Source: Bacteroidales bacterium UBA3754
Lineage (GTDB): Bacteria; Bacteroidota; Bacteroidia; Bacteroidales; UBA1715
Direction: 5' to 3'
DNA: 64,000 nucleotides
Assembly (NCBI GenBank): GCA_002371705.1
Contig: DFGI01000096.1
Coordinates: 9,755 to 73,754, forward strand
The number at the start of each line of letters is the position of its first letter. Positions within the stretch are counted from its first letter, which is position 1. Both the position numbers and the translations under genes were made by a program. The notes beneath the pieces are model-generated. The model was not told where the DNA came from. It saw nothing but the letters and a program-made list of their open reading frames with translations, and made no database searches. Positions 1-9,037 of the stretch are shown in pieces.

Positions 1-393
1 GAAGAAGTTTACAATTTTATTAAATCATGCAATTATTATTTTATTGCAACAACCGAAGGAAACCAACCTCGTGTGCGTCCGTTTGGAACTGTCAATATTT
101 TTGAAAACAAGCTCTATATACAAACTGGGCACAGTAAACGTATAGCAAAGCAAATCGCTGAAAATCCTCATATTGAAATCTGCGCATACAACGGCACAAC
201 CCAATGGATTCGTGTGGAAGCAACAGTAGCGGAAGATTCCCGCATTGAAGCAAAGAAATCTATGCTTGACGCATATCCATCATTACAGAAAATGTACAGC
301 GCAGAAGACGAAAATACCGCGGTTTATTATTTGAAAAACGCCACCGCTTGGTTCAATTCATTTACAGATTCAACCAAAACGGTGACATTTTAA
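1..393 (+). CDS. pyridoxamine 5'-phosphate oxidase-like FMN-binding family protein (5' end outside window)
   Basis: Frame 1 is open from nt 1 (EEVYNFIKSCNYYFIATTEGNQPRVRPFG...) and runs into the listed ORF 73..393. Size and the GNQPRVRPFG / HIEICA segments resemble the PNPOx split-barrel family. The family call is from memory of motifs. Confidence 0.5.
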   Translation, partial: EEVYNFIKSCNYYFIATTEGNQPRVRPFGTVNIFENKLYIQTGHSKRIAKQIAENPHIEICAYNGTTQWIRVEATVAEDSRIEAKKSMLDAYPSLQKMYSAEDENTAVYYLKNATAWFNSFTDSTKTVTF

Positions 394-398
394 TTAAT

Positions 399-1577
399 TT
401 ATACCGAAGCAGTTACGGCAATTCTATAAATATTTTCAATATCCTTCGCTTTTAGATGGACAAAACCGCCCGTTTCGCCGTCGCCAATGCCGAAGGTTGC
501 CACTAATTTCGGAATATCGGACTCTTTTGCGCCCAGCTGATCGAAGTTTATTGGCATTCCAATACTTACAAGGAATTTGCGGAAACAGTTGATACCTTCC
601 TTGGCGGTTACTTCGGGATTTGCAAAATTCATTTGACAGCCCCAAACCCGCGTTGCCACTTGAGCAAAACGCATCACGTTGTGGTTCATAACATATTCCA
701 TCCACGACGGCATAATAACTGCCAAACCAGCACCGTGGGCACAATCATACAACGCCGATAATTCGTGTTCTATGCCGTGGCTGTTCCAATCCTGCTCACG
801 ACCAACCCCTACAATATTATTATGAGCAACCATTCCAGCCCACATTATATTGGCACGGGCATCGTAATTGTTCGGATCAGCAATCACACGCGGAGTTTCT
901 TTAATCATAGTAAGCAACAAAGCCTCACACAAACGGTCGGTTACTTCAACCTCAGTTGTATTTGTAAAATAGCGTTCAAAAATATGCGCCATAATATCAG
1001 TTGCGCCACACGCTGTTTGATATGCCGGCAATGTGCACGTTAACTGCGGATTCAAAATTGAAAATTTTGGGCGAAGGCAATCACCACCCGCACCACGTTT
1101 CAACATTCCGTCCTCCTTTGTGATAACAGAATCGCCAGAACCTTCGCTACCAGCAGCAGCAATTGTCAGCACAGTTGCAACAGGTAACGCTTTTTGCGGA
1201 GATTTTCCACTATAGAAATCCCAAAAATCGCCATCGTACACAACGCCCATGGCAATCGCCTTAGCGGAGTCGATAACCGAACCACCACCAACGGCAAGAA
1301 TGAAATCAACGCCTTCGGCACGACAAATTTCTATGCCTTTATACACCAACGAATCGTGCGGATTCGGCTGAACGCCACCAAGTTCCACAAACGAAATGTT
1401 CGCATTCTGCAACGAAGTTTTCACTCTATCAAGCAAGCCTGATTTTTTCGCTGACGACGAACCAAAATGAATCAAAACTTTGGAACCACCATATTTTTTC
1501 ACATACGTTCCACACTCGTTTTCCCTATCTTTCCCAAATACAAATTCGGTAGGACTATAAAAATTAAAATTCTGCAT
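399..1577 (-). CDS. iron-containing (group III) alcohol dehydrogenase, butanol dehydrogenase-like
   Basis: The internal ATG at 1577 gives MQNFNFYSPTEFVFGKDRE. The GGGSVIDSAKAIA dinucleotide motif and the His-rich metal-site segments (DIMAHIFERYF, HGIEHELSALYDCAHGAGLA) are typical of Fe-ADHs. The 20 codons upstream of that ATG look non-native. Confidence 0.85.
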   Translation of the reverse strand: MQNFNFYSPTEFVFGKDRENECGTYVKKYGGSKVLIHFGSSSAKKSGLLDRVKTSLQNANISFVELGGVQPNPHDSLVYKGIEICRAEGVDFILAVGGGSVIDSAKAIAMGVVYDGDFWDFYSGKSPQKALPVATVLTIAAAGSEGSGDSVITKEDGMLKRGAGGDCLRPKFSILNPQLTCTLPAYQTACGATDIMAHIFERYFTNTTEVEVTDRLCEALLLTMIKETPRVIADPNNYDARANIMWAGMVAHNNIVGVGREQDWNSHGIEHELSALYDCAHGAGLAVIMPSWMEYVMNHNVMRFAQVATRVWGCQMNFANPEVTAKEGINCFRKFLVSIGMPINFDQLGAKESDIPKLVATFGIGDGETGGFVHLKAKDIENIYRIAVTASV

Positions 1578-1716
1578 ATTGTTATCTTTTGCTACAAATC
1601 TACATAAAATTAACAAGTAAAACATTTTTTCAGACAAGATTCAAACGAAAAATATACGAATATCATAAACTTGCATTTTCCCACACGAAATCGGATTTTC
1701 AATCGTTCTATTTTTA

Positions 1717-1724
1717 TATTTTTG
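1717..1724 (+). promoter_or_regulatory. Bacteroidetes -7 promoter box (TATTTTTG) for dsbD-like gene
   Basis: Matches TAnnTTTG and ends 16 nt upstream of the ATG at 1740. Confidence 0.4.
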
Positions 1725-1739
1725 TACAAAGTTGAATAA

Positions 1740-3806
1740 ATGAAAACTCTAAAATTAGTTCTAAGCATACTTCTGTTCCCCGTTCTTGCAATTGCACAAA
1801 CTGCGGATTGGAACATTTTCTATTCCACGGAAAAGGTCAACAAAAACCACTTTGAAATCGTAATGAACATAACGATTCCGCAGGATTTCCACATGTATAG
1901 TTTCGACCAAGTTTCGGGCGGACCAATTGCGGCAAAAGTTGACTTTGAACTTCCCGACGGAATTGAAAAAGTTGGTGGATTAGTCATTCGTGCCGGCAAA
2001 GTTGATGAGTTTTTTGACGACATTTTCGGAATAAACATTCGTCAATTCAGCACGCACACAAAATGGGCACAAGAATTTGTCGTTACAAAAGACATCGAGC
2101 CATGCGAAATAAAAGGGACCTACAGTTACCAACTCTGCAAAGACGACGGATATTGCCTAAATCCATTCCCCGAAGAATTTACAGTGCAAATTCCTGCTTA
2201 TACAATACAGAAAAAAGTTGATGAAGTTCCTGAAAAGAAAACAGAACAAATCAACACAACTAAAATCGATACAATCGTTGAACAGACAGAAAATCAAGAC
2301 TCCGCATTAGTTTTAGATACGCTCGGCACAACTGAAGAAACAATTATACAACAAGAAGAAGCGCCACAAACGGAATCCCGCTCGTTGTGGATGATTTTTC
2401 TATTAGGATTCTTGGGCGGAATCCTCGCATTCCTTACTCCATGCGTATTTCCAATGGTTCCAATGACAGTGAGCATGTTCCTGAAACGCGACAAACAACA
2501 CGCCCTCCGCGACGTGCTGATTTATGGTTTGTCTATAGTGGTGATTTTTGTCGTACTTGGTTTGTGCATCACGTTGCTTTTCGGAGTTGACGCGCTCAAC
2601 AAACTTTCCACAAGTCCGGCGTTCAATATGGTGTTCTTCTTTGTGTTCGTCATTTTTGCAATCTCGTTCTTCGGAGTATTCGAACTAATGTTGCCGACAA
2701 GTTGGATAAACTATTTCGACCAGAAAGCCGACTCTTCGAAAGGATTTATGAGTATATTCTTTATGGCGTTCACGTTGGTTTTGGTGTCTTTCTCCTGCAC
2801 GGCCATGATAATTGGGACATTACTCGTGGAATCTGTCGTTTCGGGCTCTCTCATAGGACCAATGGTGGGAATGTTGGGGTTTGCTGTTGCACTTTCACTT
2901 CCATTCATCGTATTCGCCGCCATGCCATCGCTCCTTTCTTCGCTTGCAAAATCGGGAGATTGGATGAACGACATTAAAATCTCGTTGGGCTTCATTGAAT
3001 TAGGTTTCGCAATGAAATTCATTTCCAAAGCCGATTTAGTTGCTGGCTGGGGAATATTGCCACGCGATTTATATATCGGTATTTGGATTTTGTTATCAAT
3101 AATATGGGGATTGTGCATTCTTCGCGTGATTTGTTTAGGTCACTGCACACGAAAGCCGTTGTCAAAACAACGAATTGGATTTGCGGCTATTATTTTCGCA
3201 TTCACCATATACCTTATCCCAGGATTTCTTGGGAAACCACTTGACCTCATCAGTGGCTGGCTTCCCCCAATGAATACGCAACACATTCATATTCTGTCGA
3301 ATACGGAAGAAACAAATATTAACACAAATAAAAAATATGCCGAATTATTCCACTCACCATACGGAATTGACGGCTACTACAATTACGAAGAAGGATTGGC
3401 GCACGCAAAAGCGGAAAACAAGCCAATTTTATTGGACTTCACAGGTTTAGGTTGTGAAAACTGCCGAAAAATAGAAATGAACGTTTGGGCAAAACCCGAA
3501 ATTCTCGAAATTATAAAAAACGACTACGTGCTAATTTCGCTTTATCTTGATTCCCGCGAACCTCTTGATAGTTCGCTTATCCGTGAAGAACAATACGGAG
3601 GAAAAACATACAAAATCAGAACCATTGGCGAACATTGGAGCATTTTTATGATGAAAAACTACCACGGTCTTATGCAACCATACTATGTTTTGCTTTCGCC
3701 TGACGGGAAAAAACTCTGTGAGCCAATCACATACGATGAAGCAAAAGATGTAGAAAAATACAAGAAGTTTCTTGATACTGGATTAGAAAAAATGAAAGAG
3801 AAATGA
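1740..3806 (+). CDS. dsbD: protein-disulfide reductase DsbD family (N-terminal periplasmic domain, CcdA-like TM core, C-terminal thioredoxin domain)
   Basis: 688 aa with a signal peptide and a multi-TM core carrying the FLTPCVFPMVP motif. A second membrane Cys lies in SFSCTAM. The C-terminal thioredoxin fold has LDFTGLGCENCRKIE (CxxC). Confidence 0.8.
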   Translation: MKTLKLVLSILLFPVLAIAQTADWNIFYSTEKVNKNHFEIVMNITIPQDFHMYSFDQVSGGPIAAKVDFELPDGIEKVGGLVIRAGKVDEFFDDIFGINIRQFSTHTKWAQEFVVTKDIEPCEIKGTYSYQLCKDDGYCLNPFPEEFTVQIPAYTIQKKVDEVPEKKTEQINTTKIDTIVEQTENQDSALVLDTLGTTEETIIQQEEAPQTESRSLWMIFLLGFLGGILAFLTPCVFPMVPMTVSMFLKRDKQHALRDVLIYGLSIVVIFVVLGLCITLLFGVDALNKLSTSPAFNMVFFFVFVIFAISFFGVFELMLPTSWINYFDQKADSSKGFMSIFFMAFTLVLVSFSCTAMIIGTLLVESVVSGSLIGPMVGMLGFAVALSLPFIVFAAMPSLLSSLAKSGDWMNDIKISLGFIELGFAMKFISKADLVAGWGILPRDLYIGIWILLSIIWGLCILRVICLGHCTRKPLSKQRIGFAAIIFAFTIYLIPGFLGKPLDLISGWLPPMNTQHIHILSNTEETNINTNKKYAELFHSPYGIDGYYNYEEGLAHAKAENKPILLDFTGLGCENCRKIEMNVWAKPEILEIIKNDYVLISLYLDSREPLDSSLIREEQYGGKTYKIRTIGEHWSIFMMKNYHGLMQPYYVLLSPDGKKLCEPITYDEAKDVEKYKKFLDTGLEKMKEK

Positions 3807-4354
3807 AAAAATTTGTTTTACAAATTATATTAATTGTCATGGGGTTATCTTTCTTAAATTCCTCAAGTCCAAGTACTTGCAAGGTTCATAAGGGTACGTC
3901 AACTTATAGTAGCGACGTTATCTGCAACCTTAAAGATAGTAAAATATACAAAGGTGATTCTTCCTATTCCAGCGACGTACTTGTAACTATCAGAGACAAA
4001 AAGATTTACGAAGGTAATTCCTCGTATAGCAGCGACGTACTTTACACTATTTCCGATAGAAAAGTTTACAAAGGAAACTCCAGTTACAGCAGCGACGTAC
4101 TTTACACTATTTCCGATGGAAATGTTTACAAAGGAAACTCCAGTTACAGCAGCGACGTAGTTTGCACAATTCGCAACGGAAAAATGTACAAAGGTAACTC
4201 CTCGTATTCGAGCGATATTATTTGCAATTGGAAAAAGGGCAAAGTTTATGAAGGTACGTCGTCCTATTTAAGCGACGTTCTTTACACAATAAGCGACAAC
4301 GTAAACATTGCCGAATTTATAGCAATCTGGCACGTGGTGAATTATGTGTATTAA
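3803..4354 (+). CDS. secreted repeat protein, seven 20-aa repeats (K-[IV]-Y-K-G-x-S-S-Y-S-S-D-V-L-x-T-I-x-D-x), unknown family
   Basis: The ATG overlaps the dsbD stop (ATGA at 3803..3806). There is an N-terminal hydrophobic signal (MKKFVLQIILIVMGLSFL). The repeat stays in frame throughout. Confidence 0.7.
   Translation: MKKFVLQIILIVMGLSFLNSSSPSTCKVHKGTSTYSSDVICNLKDSKIYKGDSSYSSDVLVTIRDKKIYEGNSSYSSDVLYTISDRKVYKGNSSYSSDVLYTISDGNVYKGNSSYSSDVVCTIRNGKMYKGNSSYSSDIICNWKKGKVYEGTSSYLSDVLYTISDNVNIAEFIAIWHVVNYVY
3881..4300 (+). repeat. coding tandem repeat, 60-nt period x7
   Basis: Repeats 3-5 are nearly identical at the DNA level (cagcgacgtactttacactatttccgat.gaaa.gtttacaaaggaaactccagttacag). Confidence 0.85.
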
Positions 4355-4359
4355 TCACT

Positions 4360-5142
4360 TTACTTTTTATAATACAATATCGTCCGTTCTTGTCGCATAT
4401 CGGGACGGTTTGCCATTGAAGTACGTTTAAAAATCCAATTCCCTTTTTCGTCAAAACCATAAGTCATCATCAATGAATCAGTCGCTTGGTCGTCCCAATA
4501 ATGTATAACTTTGGTTTGCAATGCTATACCATGATAAGTGGTATATTCTGTTTTACTTATCAGAATAGACTCATCGTATTCTAAAATCGCTGACAAATTA
4601 CCAGCTGAATCGTACTCATAATCAAAGCGTTGTGCGAAATTACCGCCATTTTGATAATTGATTCTATCCTCTTGTTGCACATCCTTTCCCTGAAATGCAT
4701 ATTTCCATACAAACAAAGTATCCTTGTATGGTGATACTATCACACCTTTGGTTCTATTTCCCTCAGAATCATACTCATAACACACTCTTTTGCGAAATGT
4801 TCCAACCTTATCGTATTCTTTTATTTCAACAGGTAGGCTGCCGATATACGTATATGTCCGCTTCAATTCCAATGAATCACCATTATATATTTTCAATGAT
4901 TGGACAAATTTTCCATTGTATTGATATTCAATATTTCGTCCCCTCATTTTTTCTGACAACAACATACCATCCTTGTTGTAGGTCACTACTATATCATTTG
5001 TATTCGATTCCGTATTTCTATACACTATCTGACGCACAGGTCCCTGCACTTCATAAACCTTGTAATCAGTTTCAAACTCTTGTTCTGAAGAACAAGAAAT
5101 TAACGTCAAGACGGGCAACAACAAGCCAACAAATTTCTTCAT
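4360..5142 (-). CDS. lipoprotein with YD/RHS-like short repeats, unknown function
   Basis: The internal ATG at 5142 gives MKKFVGLLLPVLTLISCSSEQ (lipobox) and avoids overlap with the murF stop at 5150. YEYDSEGN and YEYDSAGN motifs are present. Confidence 0.6.
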   Translation of the reverse strand: MKKFVGLLLPVLTLISCSSEQEFETDYKVYEVQGPVRQIVYRNTESNTNDIVVTYNKDGMLLSEKMRGRNIEYQYNGKFVQSLKIYNGDSLELKRTYTYIGSLPVEIKEYDKVGTFRKRVCYEYDSEGNRTKGVIVSPYKDTLFVWKYAFQGKDVQQEDRINYQNGGNFAQRFDYEYDSAGNLSAILEYDESILISKTEYTTYHGIALQTKVIHYWDDQATDSLMMTYGFDEKGNWIFKRTSMANRPDMRQERTILYYKK

Positions 5143-5149
5143 ACAAACA

Positions 5150-6436
5150 TTATAAAACATCAACAACAACCTCCAATTTAACGCCACGGGAACCCTTTAT
5201 CAACACTGTGGAATGTTCAATTGGTTTTTCCTTCAAATATGATTTCAAATCCTCCGAAGTAGCATAATAATTCGCAGACAGCCAATCTACACGAGGCCAT
5301 TTACCGACCAAATTGATAGATGGGATTGATGAATTCTGCAACAATTTTAAAATTGAAAGATGTTCATTTTCCGAAGCCTCGCCCAATTCAAACATTTCGC
5401 CCAGAATCACACATTTGTTTTCCGCATCCATAGAGATAAATGTTTCCAACGACGCCCGCATACTTGTTGGATTTGCATTATAGGCATCCATTATCAACGT
5501 GTTTTTTGCTGTCTTCTTCGTCTGCGAGCGATTGTTAGATGGCACATATCCCTCAATCGCCGTTTTGATTTGTTCCATCGTCACACCAAAATATGAGCCA
5601 ACAGTGGCTGCTGTCAACATATTCTTAGCATTGTATTCTCCATATAATGACGAATGAATATCAATCGTTTTTCCGTTATGTTCAAACGAAAATGCGGCAT
5701 AAATCGAATTATCCAACATCTTCCCCTTATAGTCTGTTTCCGAATTAAACGAATATCGCACCATATTTTTTACCCCACGCAAGTTTTGTGTAAGGTTCTG
5801 ATTGTCAGCATCTATAAATATAGTTCCATTTACAGAAGCGATAAATTCGTATAGTTCAGTTTTTGTTTTTATGATATTTTCAAAACTACCAAAGCCAAGC
5901 AAATGCGCTTTTCCCACGTTAGTTATCAAACCATGCGTAGGCATCGCAATATTCACCAAAGTTTTTATTTCGCCAGGATGATTCGCCCCCATTTCAACCA
6001 CCGCAATTTCTATTTGTTTGGTGATAGACAACAACGTAAGAGGAACACCAATATGGTTATTGAGATTGCCTCGTGTATATTCAACTTTATATTTTTGCGA
6101 CAAAACCGAAGACACCAATTCTTTAGTTGTAGTTTTTCCATTAGTGCCTGTTATACCAATCACTGGAATATTCAGTTGTTGCCGATGATATCGGGCAAGG
6201 TCTTGTAGGAATTGCAACGAATCATTCACATAAAAGCACGACTCCGACGCCATCGATTCATCATCCACAATTGCACACACCGCGCCTGATTCTATAGCTT
6301 TGCGTGCATATTGGTTTCCATCAAAATTTTCGCCTTTTAAAGCAATAAAAATAGAACCTTTTGTAATTGTTCTCGTATCGGTGGAAATATGTGGATATTT
6401 CACAAAATACGATTCATAAAATTCTTGAACTGTCAT
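5150..6436 (-). CDS. murF: UDP-N-acetylmuramoyl-tripeptide--D-alanyl-D-alanine ligase
   Basis: 428 aa with the Mur ligase P-loop GITGTNGKTTTKE and the DAYNANP motif. Confidence 0.85.
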   Translation of the reverse strand: MTVQEFYESYFVKYPHISTDTRTITKGSIFIALKGENFDGNQYARKAIESGAVCAIVDDESMASESCFYVNDSLQFLQDLARYHRQQLNIPVIGITGTNGKTTTKELVSSVLSQKYKVEYTRGNLNNHIGVPLTLLSITKQIEIAVVEMGANHPGEIKTLVNIAMPTHGLITNVGKAHLLGFGSFENIIKTKTELYEFIASVNGTIFIDADNQNLTQNLRGVKNMVRYSFNSETDYKGKMLDNSIYAAFSFEHNGKTIDIHSSLYGEYNAKNMLTAATVGSYFGVTMEQIKTAIEGYVPSNNRSQTKKTAKNTLIMDAYNANPTSMRASLETFISMDAENKCVILGEMFELGEASENEHLSILKLLQNSSIPSINLVGKWPRVDWLSANYYATSEDLKSYLKEKPIEHSTVLIKGSRGVKLEVVVDVL

Positions 6437-6449
6437 AATAACATCGTAT

Positions 6450-6476
6450 AAAAAAAAAGCCCCACAAGGGGGCTTC
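6450..6476 (-). terminator. intrinsic terminator after gldJ
   Basis: The minus strand reads GCCCC-loop-GGGGC followed by T9. Confidence 0.6.
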
Positions 6477-6493
6477 CTTAAATTTAACTAAGA

Positions 6494-8011
6494 TTAATAT
6501 GCTACTGGACTTCCCACACGAGTCATCGCGCAACGGAAACCTATATCATCTGTAGCTTTTGATTCATCCAAGAAACGGCGTGAACCTGGAGCCAAGTAGT
6601 AAGCTCTATCTCTCCAGCTACCACCTTTATACACACGTGAGTGGTCGTTAACCAAAGTGTACCAACCTGTTTCTGAGTACAAATCTTCGTCAGACAAATT
6701 CTTTTGTTGATACATCAAGTTTGAGCCATATGTTCTTGTTGAGTCGTCAATTTCTTCATTGAAATCAATACTTGACATTTGGTCACCATCCAAGAAGTTG
6801 ATGTTATCTGCTTGACGGTAGTTCATTCTTCCGTAAGCATCAGCAACACTGATATCTTCTTTTACCATGTGGCCCAAAGAGTCAACTTCCACGAATGTTC
6901 CCTTATCGGCACCGTCTTCTTCAGTATATTTTTGGAACACGTTACCACGGAATGGTCTGAATTCATCAACATCAGCAGCTGAATTAGCACGATACACATC
7001 CAATACCCATTCGTTAACGTTACCAGCCATACAGTACAATCCGTAATCATTTGGCCAATATGACAATACAGGAGCGGTAATGTCGGCCATATCATTCAAA
7101 CGACCAGCAACACCCATTTGGTCACCACGAGCACGAGTGTAGTTCGCCATCATTTGACCACGTTCGTGAACGCTCGGGTTACGCAATTGATGACCATTCC
7201 AAGGATAGATTCGTCTTTCATAAATACGTTCATCAACAGAGTTACCGATGATAGCCAATGCTGCAAATTCCCATTCAGCCTCTGTCGGGAGACGATATTT
7301 AGGAAGAATGATACCATCTTCCTCGCGTACTATACGAGTTCCATCAGCATTTGATGGGTTATAGTCGTGCAAATTAGAGTTTACAGAACCTTCATACAAG
7401 TGATTCATATATGCTTCAACATTGAAGTTGTCGGCACCTAATTGTTCATTGTTTTCGTTCAACACACCTTCACGGATCAAAATACGTTCGTTCACACGGT
7501 CAGTACGCCAAACGCAATAATCATTTGCCTGCAACCAGCTAACACCAACAACTGGATAGTTTTGGAATGCAGGGTGACGCAAATAGTGTTGTACATAAGG
7601 TTCGTTGTAGCTCAAGCGGCTTCTCCAAACCAATGTATCAGGAAGTGCTGCCCAATACACACTTGGTTCTTCAGCGAACACACGCGTAATCCAGTACAAA
7701 TATTCACGATAATCAAGGTTACGTACTTCAGTTTCATCCATATAGAATGACGAAACACTCACCTTACGTGCAACATTGTTCCAGTCGTACATTACATCCT
7801 GTTGAACACTACCCATCGCGAATGAGCCACCCTCAACCAACACCAAACCTGGTCCAGTTTCTTGTTCATAGAAATCATCATACTTCTGGAAACCTCCATT
7901 CTTTGAATCATTGTAGTTCCAACCCGTTGTGGTGGAAACTTCATCAGCACAAGAACTCATAATGAAAAGTCCTGCGATTGCCGAATACATCAGAAGATTC
8001 TTAATATTCAT
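6494..8011 (-). CDS. gldJ: gliding motility lipoprotein GldJ (FGE-sulfatase/SUMF1-like domain)
   Basis: 505 aa with the lipoprotein signal ...GLFIMSSCADE. FGE-sulfatase-like segments are present (GGSFAMGS, GLYCMAGNVNEW, VYKGGSWRD). The gene sits next to porP/sprF, porU and porV. Confidence 0.7.
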   Translation of the reverse strand: MNIKNLLMYSAIAGLFIMSSCADEVSTTTGWNYNDSKNGGFQKYDDFYEQETGPGLVLVEGGSFAMGSVQQDVMYDWNNVARKVSVSSFYMDETEVRNLDYREYLYWITRVFAEEPSVYWAALPDTLVWRSRLSYNEPYVQHYLRHPAFQNYPVVGVSWLQANDYCVWRTDRVNERILIREGVLNENNEQLGADNFNVEAYMNHLYEGSVNSNLHDYNPSNADGTRIVREEDGIILPKYRLPTEAEWEFAALAIIGNSVDERIYERRIYPWNGHQLRNPSVHERGQMMANYTRARGDQMGVAGRLNDMADITAPVLSYWPNDYGLYCMAGNVNEWVLDVYRANSAADVDEFRPFRGNVFQKYTEEDGADKGTFVEVDSLGHMVKEDISVADAYGRMNYRQADNINFLDGDQMSSIDFNEEIDDSTRTYGSNLMYQQKNLSDEDLYSETGWYTLVNDHSRVYKGGSWRDRAYYLAPGSRRFLDESKATDDIGFRCAMTRVGSPVAY

Positions 8012-8041
8012 AACTTTCTTTTTTTAATTTCACTTCTATAT

Positions 8042-9037
8042 TTAAAACGTTGGCGCTTTTACCGCCTCGAATTTTTTCTTTTTCTCCCGACAATCAAATT
8101 GATACCCGAACGATACCTCATGTGTATCAAATTGTTTTGACGAGTTTATTGTCATATCACAATTATAGGCAAATCTAAACCTTTTTTCAACAATACCAAC
8201 AAAAAATGCGAAAGAATTTTCATTCTTGGGTAAAATTTGTCGATACGATGCCCCAATTTGCACCATCCATTTTTGTAAAATCAATCCTGCCTGTGCGTAC
8301 GACGAACAACCTCCAATTACCACATTTACAGACGGATAGAACAACAAAAGATACTCTTTCATATAGGCTTTTGTCGTGGAAAATTTTGCCATTCCGTGAA
8401 ATGAAAAAATTCTTGGAAATAAATTCGCATTTTTTGCATCACGGCTGACATTTCCTTGTAAATTTTTGATGCTCATACCTGCATAAAACACATCATTATA
8501 CACCAAAACGCCAAATTCCGAGTTGAAATTATGCCGAATATCCGTATCTAAAATCTCACGGGTTGTACCATATCCATTATCAAAAACGTGCAACATATCA
8601 GGGAAAACGAGGTCGGAATAGTCGGATTTTTCATAAACATATCCCGCCGCCAATGATGTTTTCATATATAAATATTTTTGTAGGCGGAATGTTCTTGCAT
8701 AAATCGCCATCAATTCTGTTTCGCTGAAAACGCCGTTCTGCACATCATGCAACAAAGAAAAACCACAACTTCCAAGCGACTGTTTCATATCAACATCGAA
8801 CGACACATACGCCGTGGAATAACGAGCTTGGGAAAAATTTTTCGAGCGATACGAGGAAAAAACATGAGGACACGACGTGGTTCCAACAAACGCAGGATTC
8901 AAATACACATAATTATTGTATATCTGGGTAAATTCGGCAATTTGCGCCGAAATATCCATTGTACATATAATAATGTACGAAAAAAAAACTATCAGTACTT
9001 TTTTCGTTCTCAAGATTTGAATATTTTTACGTGCCAA
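8042..9037 (-). CDS. PorP/SprF family type IX secretion system membrane protein
   Basis: 331 aa. It has the N-terminal QIYNNYVYLNPAFVG motif characteristic of PorP/SprF, a beta-barrel-like alternating pattern and a terminal F. The start is uncertain because the longest ORF overlaps the porU longest ORF. Confidence 0.7.
   Translation of the reverse strand: MARKNIQILRTKKVLIVFFSYIIICTMDISAQIAEFTQIYNNYVYLNPAFVGTTSCPHVFSSYRSKNFSQARYSTAYVSFDVDMKQSLGSCGFSLLHDVQNGVFSETELMAIYARTFRLQKYLYMKTSLAAGYVYEKSDYSDLVFPDMLHVFDNGYGTTREILDTDIRHNFNSEFGVLVYNDVFYAGMSIKNLQGNVSRDAKNANLFPRIFSFHGMAKFSTTKAYMKEYLLLFYPSVNVVIGGCSSYAQAGLILQKWMVQIGASYRQILPKNENSFAFFVGIVEKRFRFAYNCDMTINSSKQFDTHEVSFGYQFDCREKKKKFEAVKAPTF

Noticed and set aside
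9031-9037. Apparent 7-nt overlap of the divergent porP/sprF-like and porU start codons
   Set aside because: This is an artefact of taking the longest ORFs. porU probably starts at an internal codon, for example the GTG at 9091, which yields a proper signal peptide.
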